Shown here: one piece after another, positions 26,769 through 36,079 of the stretch
How positions within the stretch are numbered: the stretch's first letter is position 1
Layout of the letters: each line of letters begins with the position of its first letter
Source of the DNA: an uncultured Acidobacteriota bacterium
Lineage (GTDB): Bacteria; Acidobacteriota; Thermoanaerobaculia; Multivoradales; JAHEKO01
Length of the DNA: 64,000 bases
NCBI GenBank assembly: GCA_963713825.1
Contig: CAVQNG010000011.1
Span: 1 to 64,000 of the forward strand
Direction of reading: 5' to 3'
Translations under genes and position numbers: made by a program
Notes under the pieces: generated by a model
Database searches by the model: none
What the model was told of the DNA's origin: nothing
Seen by the model: only the letters and a program-made list of their open reading frames with translations

Positions 26769-26841
26769 ATCTGAGTATTTACTACTCATATTAATGATTC
26801 ATCCCGGAATAACTGACCACATCTCAGTGTTTACTACTAAT
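26769..26841. promoter_or_regulatory. Two HAIR-like (HspR) boxes upstream of Hsp20
   Basis: ATCTGAGTATTTACTACTCAT and ATCTCAGTGTTTACTACTAAT; first has TGAGT-N7-ACTCA dyad. Confidence 0.6.
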
Positions 26842-26934
26842 GAATAGAGCCTCTCAGGTCTCGCCGCCTTGACTTGGAGACCTGGAGAAAGATCGAGAAA
26901 CTATCGAACAGACCACACAAGGAGAAAGACAACC

Positions 26935-27408
26935 ATGACCAGAGCAACTCTTGTTCGTCGTCAGCCACGCCGTACCCAGACCGTTCAGAATCCCTTCTTC
27001 GGGGAGATGGAGCGATTCGCCAGCACGGCACCGTTCTGGGCTGGCAATCTCTTCGGCCAGAGGTTGGCCGAAGACCTGAAAAACACCTGGGTGCCCCCGG
27101 TGGATGTTCAGGAGACCGAGAACGCATTCATCTTCACGGCCGAGCTGCCGGGGATGAGCAAAGACGACGTCAGCATCACCCTCGAGGAGAATCTCCTCAC
27201 TCTGAGTGGCGAGCGCAACCTCAAGGAGAAGGAAGAAGGCGAGAACTTCCACCGGGTCGAGCGCACCTACGGTAGCTTCTCGCGATCCTTCAGCCTGCCG
27301 TCGCACGTCGACTCGTCCAAAGTCGAAGCGTCCTTCAAGGACGGTCTTCTGACGGTCGAGGTCGCCAAGGCGGAGCAAGCGAAGCCGCGCAAGATCGAGA
27401 TCCACTGA
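26935..27408 (+). CDS. Hsp20/alpha-crystallin small heat shock protein
   Basis: WVPPVDVQE..AELPG..ERTYGSFSRSFSLP..FKDGLL..KPRKIEI. Confidence 0.95.
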   Translation: MTRATLVRRQPRRTQTVQNPFFGEMERFASTAPFWAGNLFGQRLAEDLKNTWVPPVDVQETENAFIFTAELPGMSKDDVSITLEENLLTLSGERNLKEKEEGENFHRVERTYGSFSRSFSLPSHVDSSKVEASFKDGLLTVEVAKAEQAKPRKIEIH

Positions 27409-27433
27409 TCTCACCCGAGCGAGACTCGGTTCG

Positions 27434-27465
27434 AGGGCCCCGAAGATTCGGGGCCCTTTTTCTTT
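27434..27465 (+). terminator. Intrinsic terminator after Hsp20
   Basis: AGGGCCCCGAA-GA-TTCGGGGCCCT + T-tract. Confidence 0.85.
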
Positions 27466-27488
27466 GCCGACACGAAGCCGACCACTGT

Positions 27489-28916
27489 CTATCGCGAATA
27501 CAGATCGATGATCCGATGGATCGCTCGAGCGCAGACGGCGCAGAACCCGACCTCATCGCGGGTAAACATGATGCAGTCGGCCTGGGGCCGGAAGAGCCCT
27601 TTCGGTTGGTAGCTGGCGCCTTCGAAGGCCCCCACCTTGCCGGCGAACTCCTCGGATGCCAGAAGAGCGCTCATCTGATCTCGTTCTTGCCGGAAGAGTC
27701 GCTCGAGGTCCGATTCCGGAGCATCTGCCTGCCGCAGCTGCCGGCGGCGATCCTGGATCGAATGCGATAACTCCTCGAACTCTTGCTTCTTCCACGGCGT
27801 TGGGAGAGGTGTCCCAGGTGCGACCAGGTCGGCCCACTTGAAGCCCTCCGGATCGAGCAGAGCCGTGATATTCGGTTCCCATGGCTCCATCATCTCGCCC
27901 TGGAAATCTTCATAGGCGACATCCGATGTGTAGTACTCGTCGCCCAGGCCGGCGAAATGATGGCCAAACTCGTGCACCAGCAGATACGGGAAGAAATCCG
28001 AGTCCGCAGCCGCCGTCGAGTAGAGGTTGTAGATGCCACCACCACCATACTTGTCGCTGTTCACCAGGATCATGACGGCATCGTAGGGAGCAGCCGCAGC
28101 GACGTCGCGCCAGTCTCTGTCCCGCAGAGTCAGAACGTAACGCTCCGAGTCGAGGGTGTTGTAGCTGGCGCCGAGGGGCGTGTTCCGGAACACGCCGGTG
28201 CGAGGCCGAGAGATCCCCGACTCTGGAGCCGCTGGGGCGATGCCCCAGACATTGAAGTCCGCCTTTCGGGAAGCGAAGGGCTCCAGGGCGAATAGCGCCT
28301 CGACAGAGCGCTGGGTGTCGGTCTCGAACTTCTCCATCTCGGTGGCTGAGTAGCCGTCGCCCAGGAGCAGTAGATCGACCTTCTCTGCTGATTCCCCATT
28401 CTGCAGAACGGCGAGCACAGTCTGAGGAGGCACGGCGCCGCGATGCACGAATCGCGATGCCGGGTCGATCGTCTGTGTCCAGATCTCGACAAATGCCTGG
28501 TTGGCGCCTCGCTTTCTCAGCCGCACCTGGAATGGCCGCTTCGGCTCCGGAAATCGAAGTGCTTCTGGAAACGTCCGCACGACTCCCCTCATCGCCTCAG
28601 AGGTCGTCTCCCACTCGCCGTAGATGCTGGCAAAACCACGCGAGTACAGTGCTGCCTGGCTCGCCAGATCGACAATCTCGAACTGGTACTTGCCCAGATT
28701 GGTTCGATCGAGGAGTTGGGTTCGACTGCCGGGCCAGGGTCCCTCGACACGTACCCGATCCAGGCTGATCTCCTCCATTTCGGCCGTGCCTGTATGGAAA
28801 AAGTCCAGCCGCAGGGTCGAGCCTGTGAAGAGCTCATCGAAGGAGTCCGCTGCCAGCGCTGCTCCGCTACCGAGCACGATCAAACAAAGAAACAGCCCAA
28901 GAGTCTGCCTCGTCAT
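27489..28916 (-). CDS. Peptidase family M64 (IgA peptidase-like)
   Basis: Signal peptide; TLRLDFFHTG; YGGGGIYN; VHEFGHHFAGLGDEY; GAFEGA..CIM..FC..C. Confidence 0.92.
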   Translation of the reverse strand: MTRQTLGLFLCLIVLGSGAALAADSFDELFTGSTLRLDFFHTGTAEMEEISLDRVRVEGPWPGSRTQLLDRTNLGKYQFEIVDLASQAALYSRGFASIYGEWETTSEAMRGVVRTFPEALRFPEPKRPFQVRLRKRGANQAFVEIWTQTIDPASRFVHRGAVPPQTVLAVLQNGESAEKVDLLLLGDGYSATEMEKFETDTQRSVEALFALEPFASRKADFNVWGIAPAAPESGISRPRTGVFRNTPLGASYNTLDSERYVLTLRDRDWRDVAAAAPYDAVMILVNSDKYGGGGIYNLYSTAAADSDFFPYLLVHEFGHHFAGLGDEYYTSDVAYEDFQGEMMEPWEPNITALLDPEGFKWADLVAPGTPLPTPWKKQEFEELSHSIQDRRRQLRQADAPESDLERLFRQERDQMSALLASEEFAGKVGAFEGASYQPKGLFRPQADCIMFTRDEVGFCAVCARAIHRIIDLYSR

Positions 28917-28938
28917 GGTTCTACCTCGTCTTGTGGGT

Positions 28939-31035
28939 TTACCAGCGTCGATGGCTGGCGATCAATTGGCCCGCAGCTTCTTGATCAACAGGCCTCGAGA
29001 AGAAGAAACCCTGGCCATAGTCGCAATCGAGAGTCCGCAGCCTTTCCAACTGGTTGGCGGTCTCCAGCCCCTCTGCCGCAGCGCGCATTCCCAGACTGCG
29101 CGCCAGCGACACAATCGTAGCCACGATCTCGTCGTCACCGTTCGTGGCAGTCATCCGACTGACGAAAGAACGATCGATCTTGATGGTGTGGGTGGGCAGC
29201 TTGTGCAGATGGCTGAGCGATGAGTACCCGGTACCGAAGTCGTCGAGATGCAGTTGAACTCCGAGGTCTGTGAGTTGTTCGAGTTTCACCACTGCCGCAT
29301 CGGCATCTTCCATGATGATGCCTTCCGTGATCTCGAGGCGCAGCCTCTCCGCCTCCAATTTCGCTTCCTCCAGCGCCGCCTGGATGTGATCGATCAGATC
29401 CGGCTGTAGAAACTGGCGTCCCGAAAGATTCACGTTGACAGAGAGAGGCCTCGCCAGCGCGAACTTCCGATTCCACTCGGAGATCTGCAGACAGGCATCC
29501 CGAAGAACCCCCCAACCGATCGGCACGATCAGTCCGGTTTCTTCCGCCACGCTCAGGAAGTCGGCGGGTAGCAGCAGGCCCCGCTCCGGATGCTCCCAGC
29601 GCACCAAGGCTTCGAACCCTTCGATCTCGCCGCTGAACAACGACACGATCGGTTGGTAGTGGGTCCGAAACTCCTGCCGCTCGACCCCCCTGCGCAGGTC
29701 GGTCTCGAGTCGCAGCAACTTCACCGCCCGTTTGTGCATGTCCTGATCGAAGATGGCGTGACGAGCCTTACCAAGGCTCTTGGCCCTGTACATGGCGGTG
29801 TCCGCATCTCGCAGGACATCTTCGGGGCGATCGTATTCTCCGAAGCTGAGGGCAATGCCGATGCTGGTACTGGTGAAGACCTCATGACCTTCGAGGTCGA
29901 ACGCCCTGCCCAACTCCTCGTGAATACGTTCGGCGATCCTGGTGGCATCGGAGGGTCCGTCGATCGGGTTGGCGAGAATCGCGAACTCGTCTCCTCCGAG
30001 CCGCGCCACGGTGTCGCCGGGCCTCAAGAACGTCCGCAGGCGTCTCGAGATGGCGACCAGCAGCCTATCGCCGATCGTGTGCCCGAGGCTGTCGTTGACA
30101 TTCTTGAAGCGGTCGAGATCCAGAAACAGGACTGCGAATCGGTGGTCCCGGCGCCGCTTGGACTGGGCAATGGCAATACCCAGACGGTCCATGAACAGAG
30201 CCCAGTTGGGCAGGCCGGTCAGGGCGTCGTGCATGGCGTCATGCAATAGCTGCTGCTCGGTCACCTTCCGCGCCTGGATGTCCGTCAGTGAGCCGGCCAT
30301 GCGAAATGGCTCGCCTGCCTCGTTGCTGAGGGCAACGCCCCGACTCAGCATCCATCGGTAGGCACCATCGCGGTGGCGCATCCGATACTCACTCTGGAGA
30401 TGGTCAGTCCTGCCTGAGAGGTGGGACTCGATCTCTTTGCGAAGCCGCTCGACATCGTCCGGATGGACGCGGCTGAACCACTCGTTCGGGGAGGCGTCGA
30501 CATCCTTCTCCTTGTATCCCAGCATGGCTTTCCAGCGGGGAGAGTAGAAGATCTCGTCCGCCTTCAGATCCCAATCCCAGACGCCGTCGTTGGCGCCATT
30601 GACCGCCAGCGAGTAACGCTCCTCGCTCTCTCTGAATTTCTCTTCAGCGTGCTTGCGCTCGATCGCGTAGCGTATCGACCGCACCAGCAGGGCCGTGTCC
30701 ACCTGACGCTTCACCAGATAGTCCTGCGCGCCATCTCGCACCGCCCGCAAGGCCAGCTGCGTGTCGTCGATCCCCGTCATGACGACGATCGGCACGTCCG
30801 GCGCCTCGGCAAAAGCCTTGTCGAACGTCTCGATCCCCTTGCTGTCCGGCAGCGTCAGATCGAGAAGCAGGACATCGAATCCGCCCTGGCGCAGTCGGTC
30901 CAGCCCCTTGCGCAGCCGATCGAACCGTTCGACCTCGAAAGTGGCGTGCTCTGCTTTGCTCAGATATCGATCGACGAGACGGGCATCCCCAGGACTGTCC
31001 TCAACCAGCAAGACTCTAATTGGATCCTGGCTCAA
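28939..31035 (-). CDS. REC-PAS-GGDEF-EAL diguanylate cyclase/phosphodiesterase
   Basis: Receiver with LLLDLTLPD; PAS; RPGD I-site + GGDEF; EAL and DDFGTGYSS. Confidence 0.95.
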   Translation of the reverse strand: MSQDPIRVLLVEDSPGDARLVDRYLSKAEHATFEVERFDRLRKGLDRLRQGGFDVLLLDLTLPDSKGIETFDKAFAEAPDVPIVVMTGIDDTQLALRAVRDGAQDYLVKRQVDTALLVRSIRYAIERKHAEEKFRESEERYSLAVNGANDGVWDWDLKADEIFYSPRWKAMLGYKEKDVDASPNEWFSRVHPDDVERLRKEIESHLSGRTDHLQSEYRMRHRDGAYRWMLSRGVALSNEAGEPFRMAGSLTDIQARKVTEQQLLHDAMHDALTGLPNWALFMDRLGIAIAQSKRRRDHRFAVLFLDLDRFKNVNDSLGHTIGDRLLVAISRRLRTFLRPGDTVARLGGDEFAILANPIDGPSDATRIAERIHEELGRAFDLEGHEVFTSTSIGIALSFGEYDRPEDVLRDADTAMYRAKSLGKARHAIFDQDMHKRAVKLLRLETDLRRGVERQEFRTHYQPIVSLFSGEIEGFEALVRWEHPERGLLLPADFLSVAEETGLIVPIGWGVLRDACLQISEWNRKFALARPLSVNVNLSGRQFLQPDLIDHIQAALEEAKLEAERLRLEITEGIIMEDADAAVVKLEQLTDLGVQLHLDDFGTGYSSLSHLHKLPTHTIKIDRSFVSRMTATNGDDEIVATIVSLARSLGMRAAAEGLETANQLERLRTLDCDYGQGFFFSRPVDQEAAGQLIASHRRW

Positions 31036-32564
31036 CTCTCCGCCTCCACGGTGTCATCGATGTCGACGACTTCGGCTTCTTCCAGCGGGTGTTCTGCCTC
31101 CTGGATCGGAATCGTGAAGCGAAAAATCGAGCCACCCGACGGGCTCGCCTCGACCCAGATCCGGCCACCATGCCGGTCCACGATGCGTTTGCAGATCGTC
31201 AAACCAATTCCTGTGCCAGGCAAATCGGGATGCAGTCGTCGAAAAATCGTGAAGATGGTCTCAGCTTCCTCGGACTCGACGCCGACGCCGTTGTCCTCGA
31301 CCGAGAACACCCACTCGCCGTCGTCTTGCTCAGCCGCGATCCGGATATGAGGCGCTTCCGACCCCCGGAACTTGATCGCGTTCGACAACAGATTCTGCCA
31401 CAGTTGCACCAGCTGCGATACATCCGCCTCGAGGGTCGGCAGAGGCTCGACCTCGACCTCGACCTGGTTCTCCTCCAGCCGATCGGACAGGTTGACCATG
31501 GCCTGCTCGACCAGCTCGCCAAGGTCGCATTCTTCGAACTCCTGACCTTCACTGTTGATGCGGGAGAGGGCCAAGAGATCGTCGATGAGGCTCTGCATAC
31601 GGCGCGCACCATCCACCACGAAGCCGAGTAGCTCGCCACCTTCTGCCCCCAATTTCCTCCCGAAGTCTTCCGCCAGGATGGAGCCGAACTTCTCCACCAT
31701 GCGCAGGGGCTCCTGGAGCTCGTGCGAGGCGATGTATGCAAACTCGGTCAGGTCGGCGTTCGATCGCTCCAGCTCTCCGACTCTGCCACGAAAGGCGTCC
31801 TCACGCGCCTTGAGGTGGCTGACATCCTGAACCAGGGAGTCGATCACCATCTCGTCATCCACATCCAGGAGGAGCAGCTCGGTCAGGCTCAACCAGACGT
31901 TTCCCCCGTCTGGGCGCTGCAGCTGGACCTCTCGAGATTGCAGAGCTCGATCGTTGCCGAGCAGCTCCCGGAGATCTTCCGTGTTCTCGCTGGCGAAGAA
32001 CGGTTCTGGAAGCCTGACGCGAAGCGCATCCTGGACGTTCCTGACTCCGAGGAGCCTCAACACGGCGGGGGTTGATTCGATCAATCTCTGATCGAGAGTC
32101 GTGCGGAAGGCACCGACATTGGCCCGGTCCAGCAACGTTCCCAGCCAGGGCTCGCTTCGAGCCACCAGCAGATCCTGTTCCGCTCGCGCCAGGGCTTCGA
32201 CTGCTGCCTCCGGCAACCTCAGGTAACCCTTGGAAGACTTGAAAACGAAGTCGGCGAGTCCGGACTTCATGCCCTCGACCACAATCTCCCCGTCGCAGAG
32301 ATCGGTAAACGCGACCACAGGGACCCTCGCCTTGGCCTCTCGCAGGGACTCGATCACCTCGAAGCCATCGGACCAGGCGAGTTGCATCTCGGTAATGGCC
32401 AGGTCGAAGTTGGAACGCCGCAGCTCCCGCGCGAAGGTCTGAGCCCCGTCGATCTCCACGATCTGGGCCTTGGGAATGCGACGAGACAAAACGACACTCG
32501 CCAGGCTACGATCCTGGGGATCGTCATCGATGATCAGCACGCGAGGCTTCGTAATGGGCGTCAT
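31032..32564 (-). CDS. REC-PAS hybrid sensor histidine kinase
   Basis: FAYIASHELQEPLR H-box, NLLSNAIKF, DNGVG, GTGIGL; N-terminal receiver. Confidence 0.92.
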   Translation of the reverse strand: MTPITKPRVLIIDDDPQDRSLASVVLSRRIPKAQIVEIDGAQTFARELRRSNFDLAITEMQLAWSDGFEVIESLREAKARVPVVAFTDLCDGEIVVEGMKSGLADFVFKSSKGYLRLPEAAVEALARAEQDLLVARSEPWLGTLLDRANVGAFRTTLDQRLIESTPAVLRLLGVRNVQDALRVRLPEPFFASENTEDLRELLGNDRALQSREVQLQRPDGGNVWLSLTELLLLDVDDEMVIDSLVQDVSHLKAREDAFRGRVGELERSNADLTEFAYIASHELQEPLRMVEKFGSILAEDFGRKLGAEGGELLGFVVDGARRMQSLIDDLLALSRINSEGQEFEECDLGELVEQAMVNLSDRLEENQVEVEVEPLPTLEADVSQLVQLWQNLLSNAIKFRGSEAPHIRIAAEQDDGEWVFSVEDNGVGVESEEAETIFTIFRRLHPDLPGTGIGLTICKRIVDRHGGRIWVEASPSGGSIFRFTIPIQEAEHPLEEAEVVDIDDTVEAES

Positions 32565-32881
32565 CGAACCTGTCGCTTCACCTTTTCACGGTCTTGCGGC
32601 ACGCAAGGAGCCCTCGAGGAAGTGTTGTCCTCCAACATGGATTCCACCTTGGTTCGTCCTTCCCCGAGTGAAGTTGGATGCGGTCCGACTCCACCCGCTT
32701 GCGACTGTCAATCAGACATCGACAGCCTTCCAACTATTCCTCCGGACCGGCTCATTCCGGCTCGTTCAGCACCTCTTCTGAACCATACACCAGGAGGTCT
32801 CGACCACCAACATCCATCTCGCTAAATGCATATATATCAATAAGTTACTGAACAGACGATTTACAGAGGAGGTTCCCCAGC

Positions 32882-33289
32882 ATGATCCAGAAGATTGCTG
32901 TTTCCGCACCCGCCCCTGGCCTTCACGAGATCACGCAAGAAGTAGCGACTGTGGTGCAGGAGTCCGCCGTACTCGAGGGTCTTTGCACACTCTTCCTGCG
33001 CCACACGTCGGCGAGCCTCGTCATCCAGGAGAACGCCGACCCTTCGGCCCGTCGCGACCTCGAAGCCTGGCTCGACCGGCTGGTACCCGAGCGGGACCCC
33101 ATCTTCACGCACACGGCGGAAGGGCCCGATGACATGCCGGCTCACATCAAGACCGCCTTGACGGCCAACTCGCTTTCCATCCCAATCGCAGACGGAAATC
33201 TGGTACTCGGAACGTGGCAGGGAATCTACCTATGGGAGCATCGGAGCCCCACGAGATCACGGCAGTTGGTGGTTCACATTCTGCCTTGA
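32882..33289 (+). CDS. yjbQ: YjbQ/UPF0047 family protein
   Basis: HTSASLVIQENADP..EGPDDMPAHIK..LGTWQGIYLWEHR. Confidence 0.93.
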   Translation: MIQKIAVSAPAPGLHEITQEVATVVQESAVLEGLCTLFLRHTSASLVIQENADPSARRDLEAWLDRLVPERDPIFTHTAEGPDDMPAHIKTALTANSLSIPIADGNLVLGTWQGIYLWEHRSPTRSRQLVVHILP

Positions 33290-34266
33290 CCCGCGGTTGG
33301 CAAGCGCGCCATCTCCGCCTCGGCGGCAATGAAGCCGAACGACGAGGGTTGCCCTTTCTCGAGGACTTCTGCGTAGATCGTCTCGGCCGCGGCCTGATCC
33401 CCTTGGAGTAGGTTCCAGGTACCGATTCCATACCCGACGGTCGCCAGACTCAAGCTGCCGCTGGTCCGCGCCTCGGTCCAGAGTTCCTCCGGATCCTGCT
33501 GCCCTTTGAAGACCATGAGCAGGCGGTGATAGTCGTGGTTCTCGATGATATCCATCTCGGTGTCGATGGCGCGCAGCACTTCTGTCGCCTCACCCTGGCG
33601 ATCGAGACGCAACAGATTCAGATAGGACCAATAGGCCATGGCACTCAGCATGTCGGGATTGTGGGAGGCCTTCAGCCCTTCTCGATAGGCCTCACCAGCC
33701 AGGGCGTACTCCCCCTGAACGTAATAGGCCAAGCCCAGGTGATACCAGACATTCGACTGCAGTGTGCTGGTCGGAATGCCACGCTCATTCGGTAGACCAT
33801 CGGCCTCGACTTCCTCAGGCCGGCCAGCCATGAGGCGAGCGGCGATCTCCAGGTCAGCTGCCGCCCGACTGAAACGACGCAGGGTGAAAAAGCGATGTCC
33901 CCGATGTCTGTAGAGGCGCGGTTCCTCCGGAAATTCGTCAATGCCTTGCGTGTAAAGATCGACGGCTTCGCGGTAGCGGGCCAGATAGCCGAGACGCCGG
34001 CCGGCCCAGATCAGGGCCTCGACATCGTCGGGTCGATCCTCCAGCGCCATCATCGCCTCGGCCAGGAGTCGCTCCTGTTCCCTTCGAAACTCCTCCGGCA
34101 GAAGGATCCTGTCCAGTGCCTCCGCCGACCGCCCAACGAGCCCAGCCGGCAATCCTGCTGCGTCGATCTCGGCCGAAAGGTCCGCCGAGGTGGAGGTCGA
34201 CTCCTGTCTACAACCGACAACCGGGATGACAACGAGGACCAGGATCACTAACCCGAGGGGTTTCAT
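33274..34266 (-). CDS. TPR-repeat lipoprotein
   Basis: Lipobox VVGC; helical TPR-like repeats (YRHRGHR, WYHLGLAYY). Confidence 0.82.
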   Translation of the reverse strand: MKPLGLVILVLVVIPVVGCRQESTSTSADLSAEIDAAGLPAGLVGRSAEALDRILLPEEFRREQERLLAEAMMALEDRPDDVEALIWAGRRLGYLARYREAVDLYTQGIDEFPEEPRLYRHRGHRFFTLRRFSRAAADLEIAARLMAGRPEEVEADGLPNERGIPTSTLQSNVWYHLGLAYYVQGEYALAGEAYREGLKASHNPDMLSAMAYWSYLNLLRLDRQGEATEVLRAIDTEMDIIENHDYHRLLMVFKGQQDPEELWTEARTSGSLSLATVGYGIGTWNLLQGDQAAAETIYAEVLEKGQPSSFGFIAAEAEMARLPTAGQGRM

Positions 34267-34381
34267 CGATCTCTCCCATGGCATTGCGAAGAACCAGCAC
34301 CAGCCAGCCTACCGCATCTTGTCGGGGATTCAGAGGATCGATAAGCTGCAGATACCGTCTGACTCCAGGAGAGAATCGACA

Positions 34382-35077
34382 ATGAAACGGCTACTTCTCG
34401 TCAGCAGCTCGAATGTGCATGGCAGCGGCTACCTGGATCATTGCGAAGCACAGATTCTGGATCTCTTCCATTCGTGTCAAAGGGTCTTATTCGTCCCTTA
34501 CGCCCTGTCTGATCGTGACAGCTATGCGCAGCAGGCCCGGCAGCGATTTCGAAAAATGGGTCTCGAGCTCGACTCGATCCACGAGACCGAGAACCCAGTA
34601 GCAGCTGTCTTCGAGGCCGAGGGAGTCTTTGTTGGCGGAGGCAATACCTTCCGATTGCTCAACGAGCTACAGGAACGGGGGTTAGTGGAGCCGCTCCGCG
34701 CACGAGTCGCCTCGGGCATGCCCTATATGGGAACGAGCGCCGGCTCCAACGTGGCCTGCCCCACCATCCGGACCACCAACGACATGCCAATCGTCGAGCC
34801 AGAGAGCTTCAGCGCTCTCGACCTGGTCTCGTTTCAAATCAACCCCCACTACCTGGATGCCGACCCCGACTCCAAACACAAGGGCGAAACCCGCGAGCAG
34901 AGACTGAACGAGTACCTGGAGGAGAATGATGTCTCAGTCGCCGCCATCCGAGAGGGAGGCATGATCGTGGTCAGGGGATCAGAGGTTTGTTTGGAAGGAA
35001 AAGCCGGCGGGGTGTTGTTCGCGAAAGGACGACCTCCTGAGGAGATCATCCCTGGCCTGCGGATCGAGAAGCTCTAG
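34382..35077 (+). CDS. pepE: Dipeptidase E (peptidase S51)
   Basis: VFVGGGNTFRLL, GTSAGSN, TTNDMPI, QINPHY, GETRE. Confidence 0.95.
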   Translation: MKRLLLVSSSNVHGSGYLDHCEAQILDLFHSCQRVLFVPYALSDRDSYAQQARQRFRKMGLELDSIHETENPVAAVFEAEGVFVGGGNTFRLLNELQERGLVEPLRARVASGMPYMGTSAGSNVACPTIRTTNDMPIVEPESFSALDLVSFQINPHYLDADPDSKHKGETREQRLNEYLEENDVSVAAIREGGMIVVRGSEVCLEGKAGGVLFAKGRPPEEIIPGLRIEKL

Positions 35078-35105
35078 AGTCGGCCCCTCCTGTCAATGTC
35101 CGGCG

Positions 35106-35513
35106 CTAGCCTCGCGACCGGATTTCTACCGCACCCTCGGCCACCCCGCCCTCTGTCTCACGCAGCAACGGAAGCACATCAGCGCTGCGCTTGACGACCG
35201 AGATCGTGGCCTGGTCGAACTCGACGCCCGAGTGGAAGACCTTGAGCTCCTTGCCTTCCGAGGTAGAGATGGTGCGAGCAGGTCGGCACCAACGGATCCA
35301 CCCTCTCAGCTCGAGGAAACTCCCATTACGGCGCAACCGAAATGTCAGCTCATACCCTGGCGGCAGGTCGATCAGGGTCTCGATCGCCATCCCGAGCTCA
35401 CTCAAGTTTACGATCTCGCCCGGCATCGGAGAATGGAAACGAAGATAGAGTGCCCGGTGCCGTGGACGGCACCGTCTCTCGAGTTGCGCTCCCTGGTTCG
35501 ATGCGGCGACCAC
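35106..35513 (-). CDS. PilZ-domain protein
   Basis: RCRPR (RxxxR) and NLSELG; SGVEF. Confidence 0.8.
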   Translation of the reverse strand: MVAASNQGAQLERRCRPRHRALYLRFHSPMPGEIVNLSELGMAIETLIDLPPGYELTFRLRRNGSFLELRGWIRWCRPARTISTSEGKELKVFHSGVEFDQATISVVKRSADVLPLLRETEGGVAEGAVEIRSRG

Positions 35514-35514
35514 G

Positions 35515-36000
35515 TCAATCGGACGATCCGTCTTCGACTGTGGCGTCTAAGGCTGGCGACGGCAATGGTTGCGGCTCTTGCGCCGGTTGCGTGACCTCGA
35601 CTCTTGGGGTCCGCTCCGCGGCGCACTCTTCCACCAGATCGTTCCACTCGGGCTGCACGTCTTCACGAAAGACCGCGATGCCGACGTGATACACGGGGGT
35701 CAGGTGATTGCCGATCCGCGTGCTGGCTACCTGGCGAATCCAGCGGACCTCCCCCGGTATTCCGATCTTCCTGAGACCCAACCGGGTGTTCACGAAGATC
35801 CACTCTCCTGGCTTCATGCACTTGACCGTCTCGATCGACAGTCCAGTTGGGCTCACGTCGAGAATCACACCGGGTGTTGGGGACCAGCACTTACGGAACT
35901 CACCTTCGTGACGAGAGGATTGCCTTCGATCTTGCTTTGGGATCAATGGATCGGCCCTCCAGAATGTGGTTACTCGCAATGCACCCAGTCTGTGGCGCAC
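35515..36000 (-). CDS. PilZ-domain protein
   Basis: RQSSR (RxxxR) and DVSPTG; GEVRW. Confidence 0.78.
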   Translation of the reverse strand: MRHRLGALRVTTFWRADPLIPKQDRRQSSRHEGEFRKCWSPTPGVILDVSPTGLSIETVKCMKPGEWIFVNTRLGLRKIGIPGEVRWIRQVASTRIGNHLTPVYHVGIAVFREDVQPEWNDLVEECAAERTPRVEVTQPAQEPQPLPSPALDATVEDGSSD

Positions 36001-36079
36001 AAGACGGTTCGATCACAACCTTCGTGTTATTTTAGGGATCGAGATTCACCCTGACTAATTCAAATATCTGCACTCTCGA

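Noticed and set aside
32835-32847. IHF-consensus TATCAATAAGTTA between the kinase and yjbQ
   Set aside because: Matches consensus, but I found no sigma54 promoter or att site to give it meaning.
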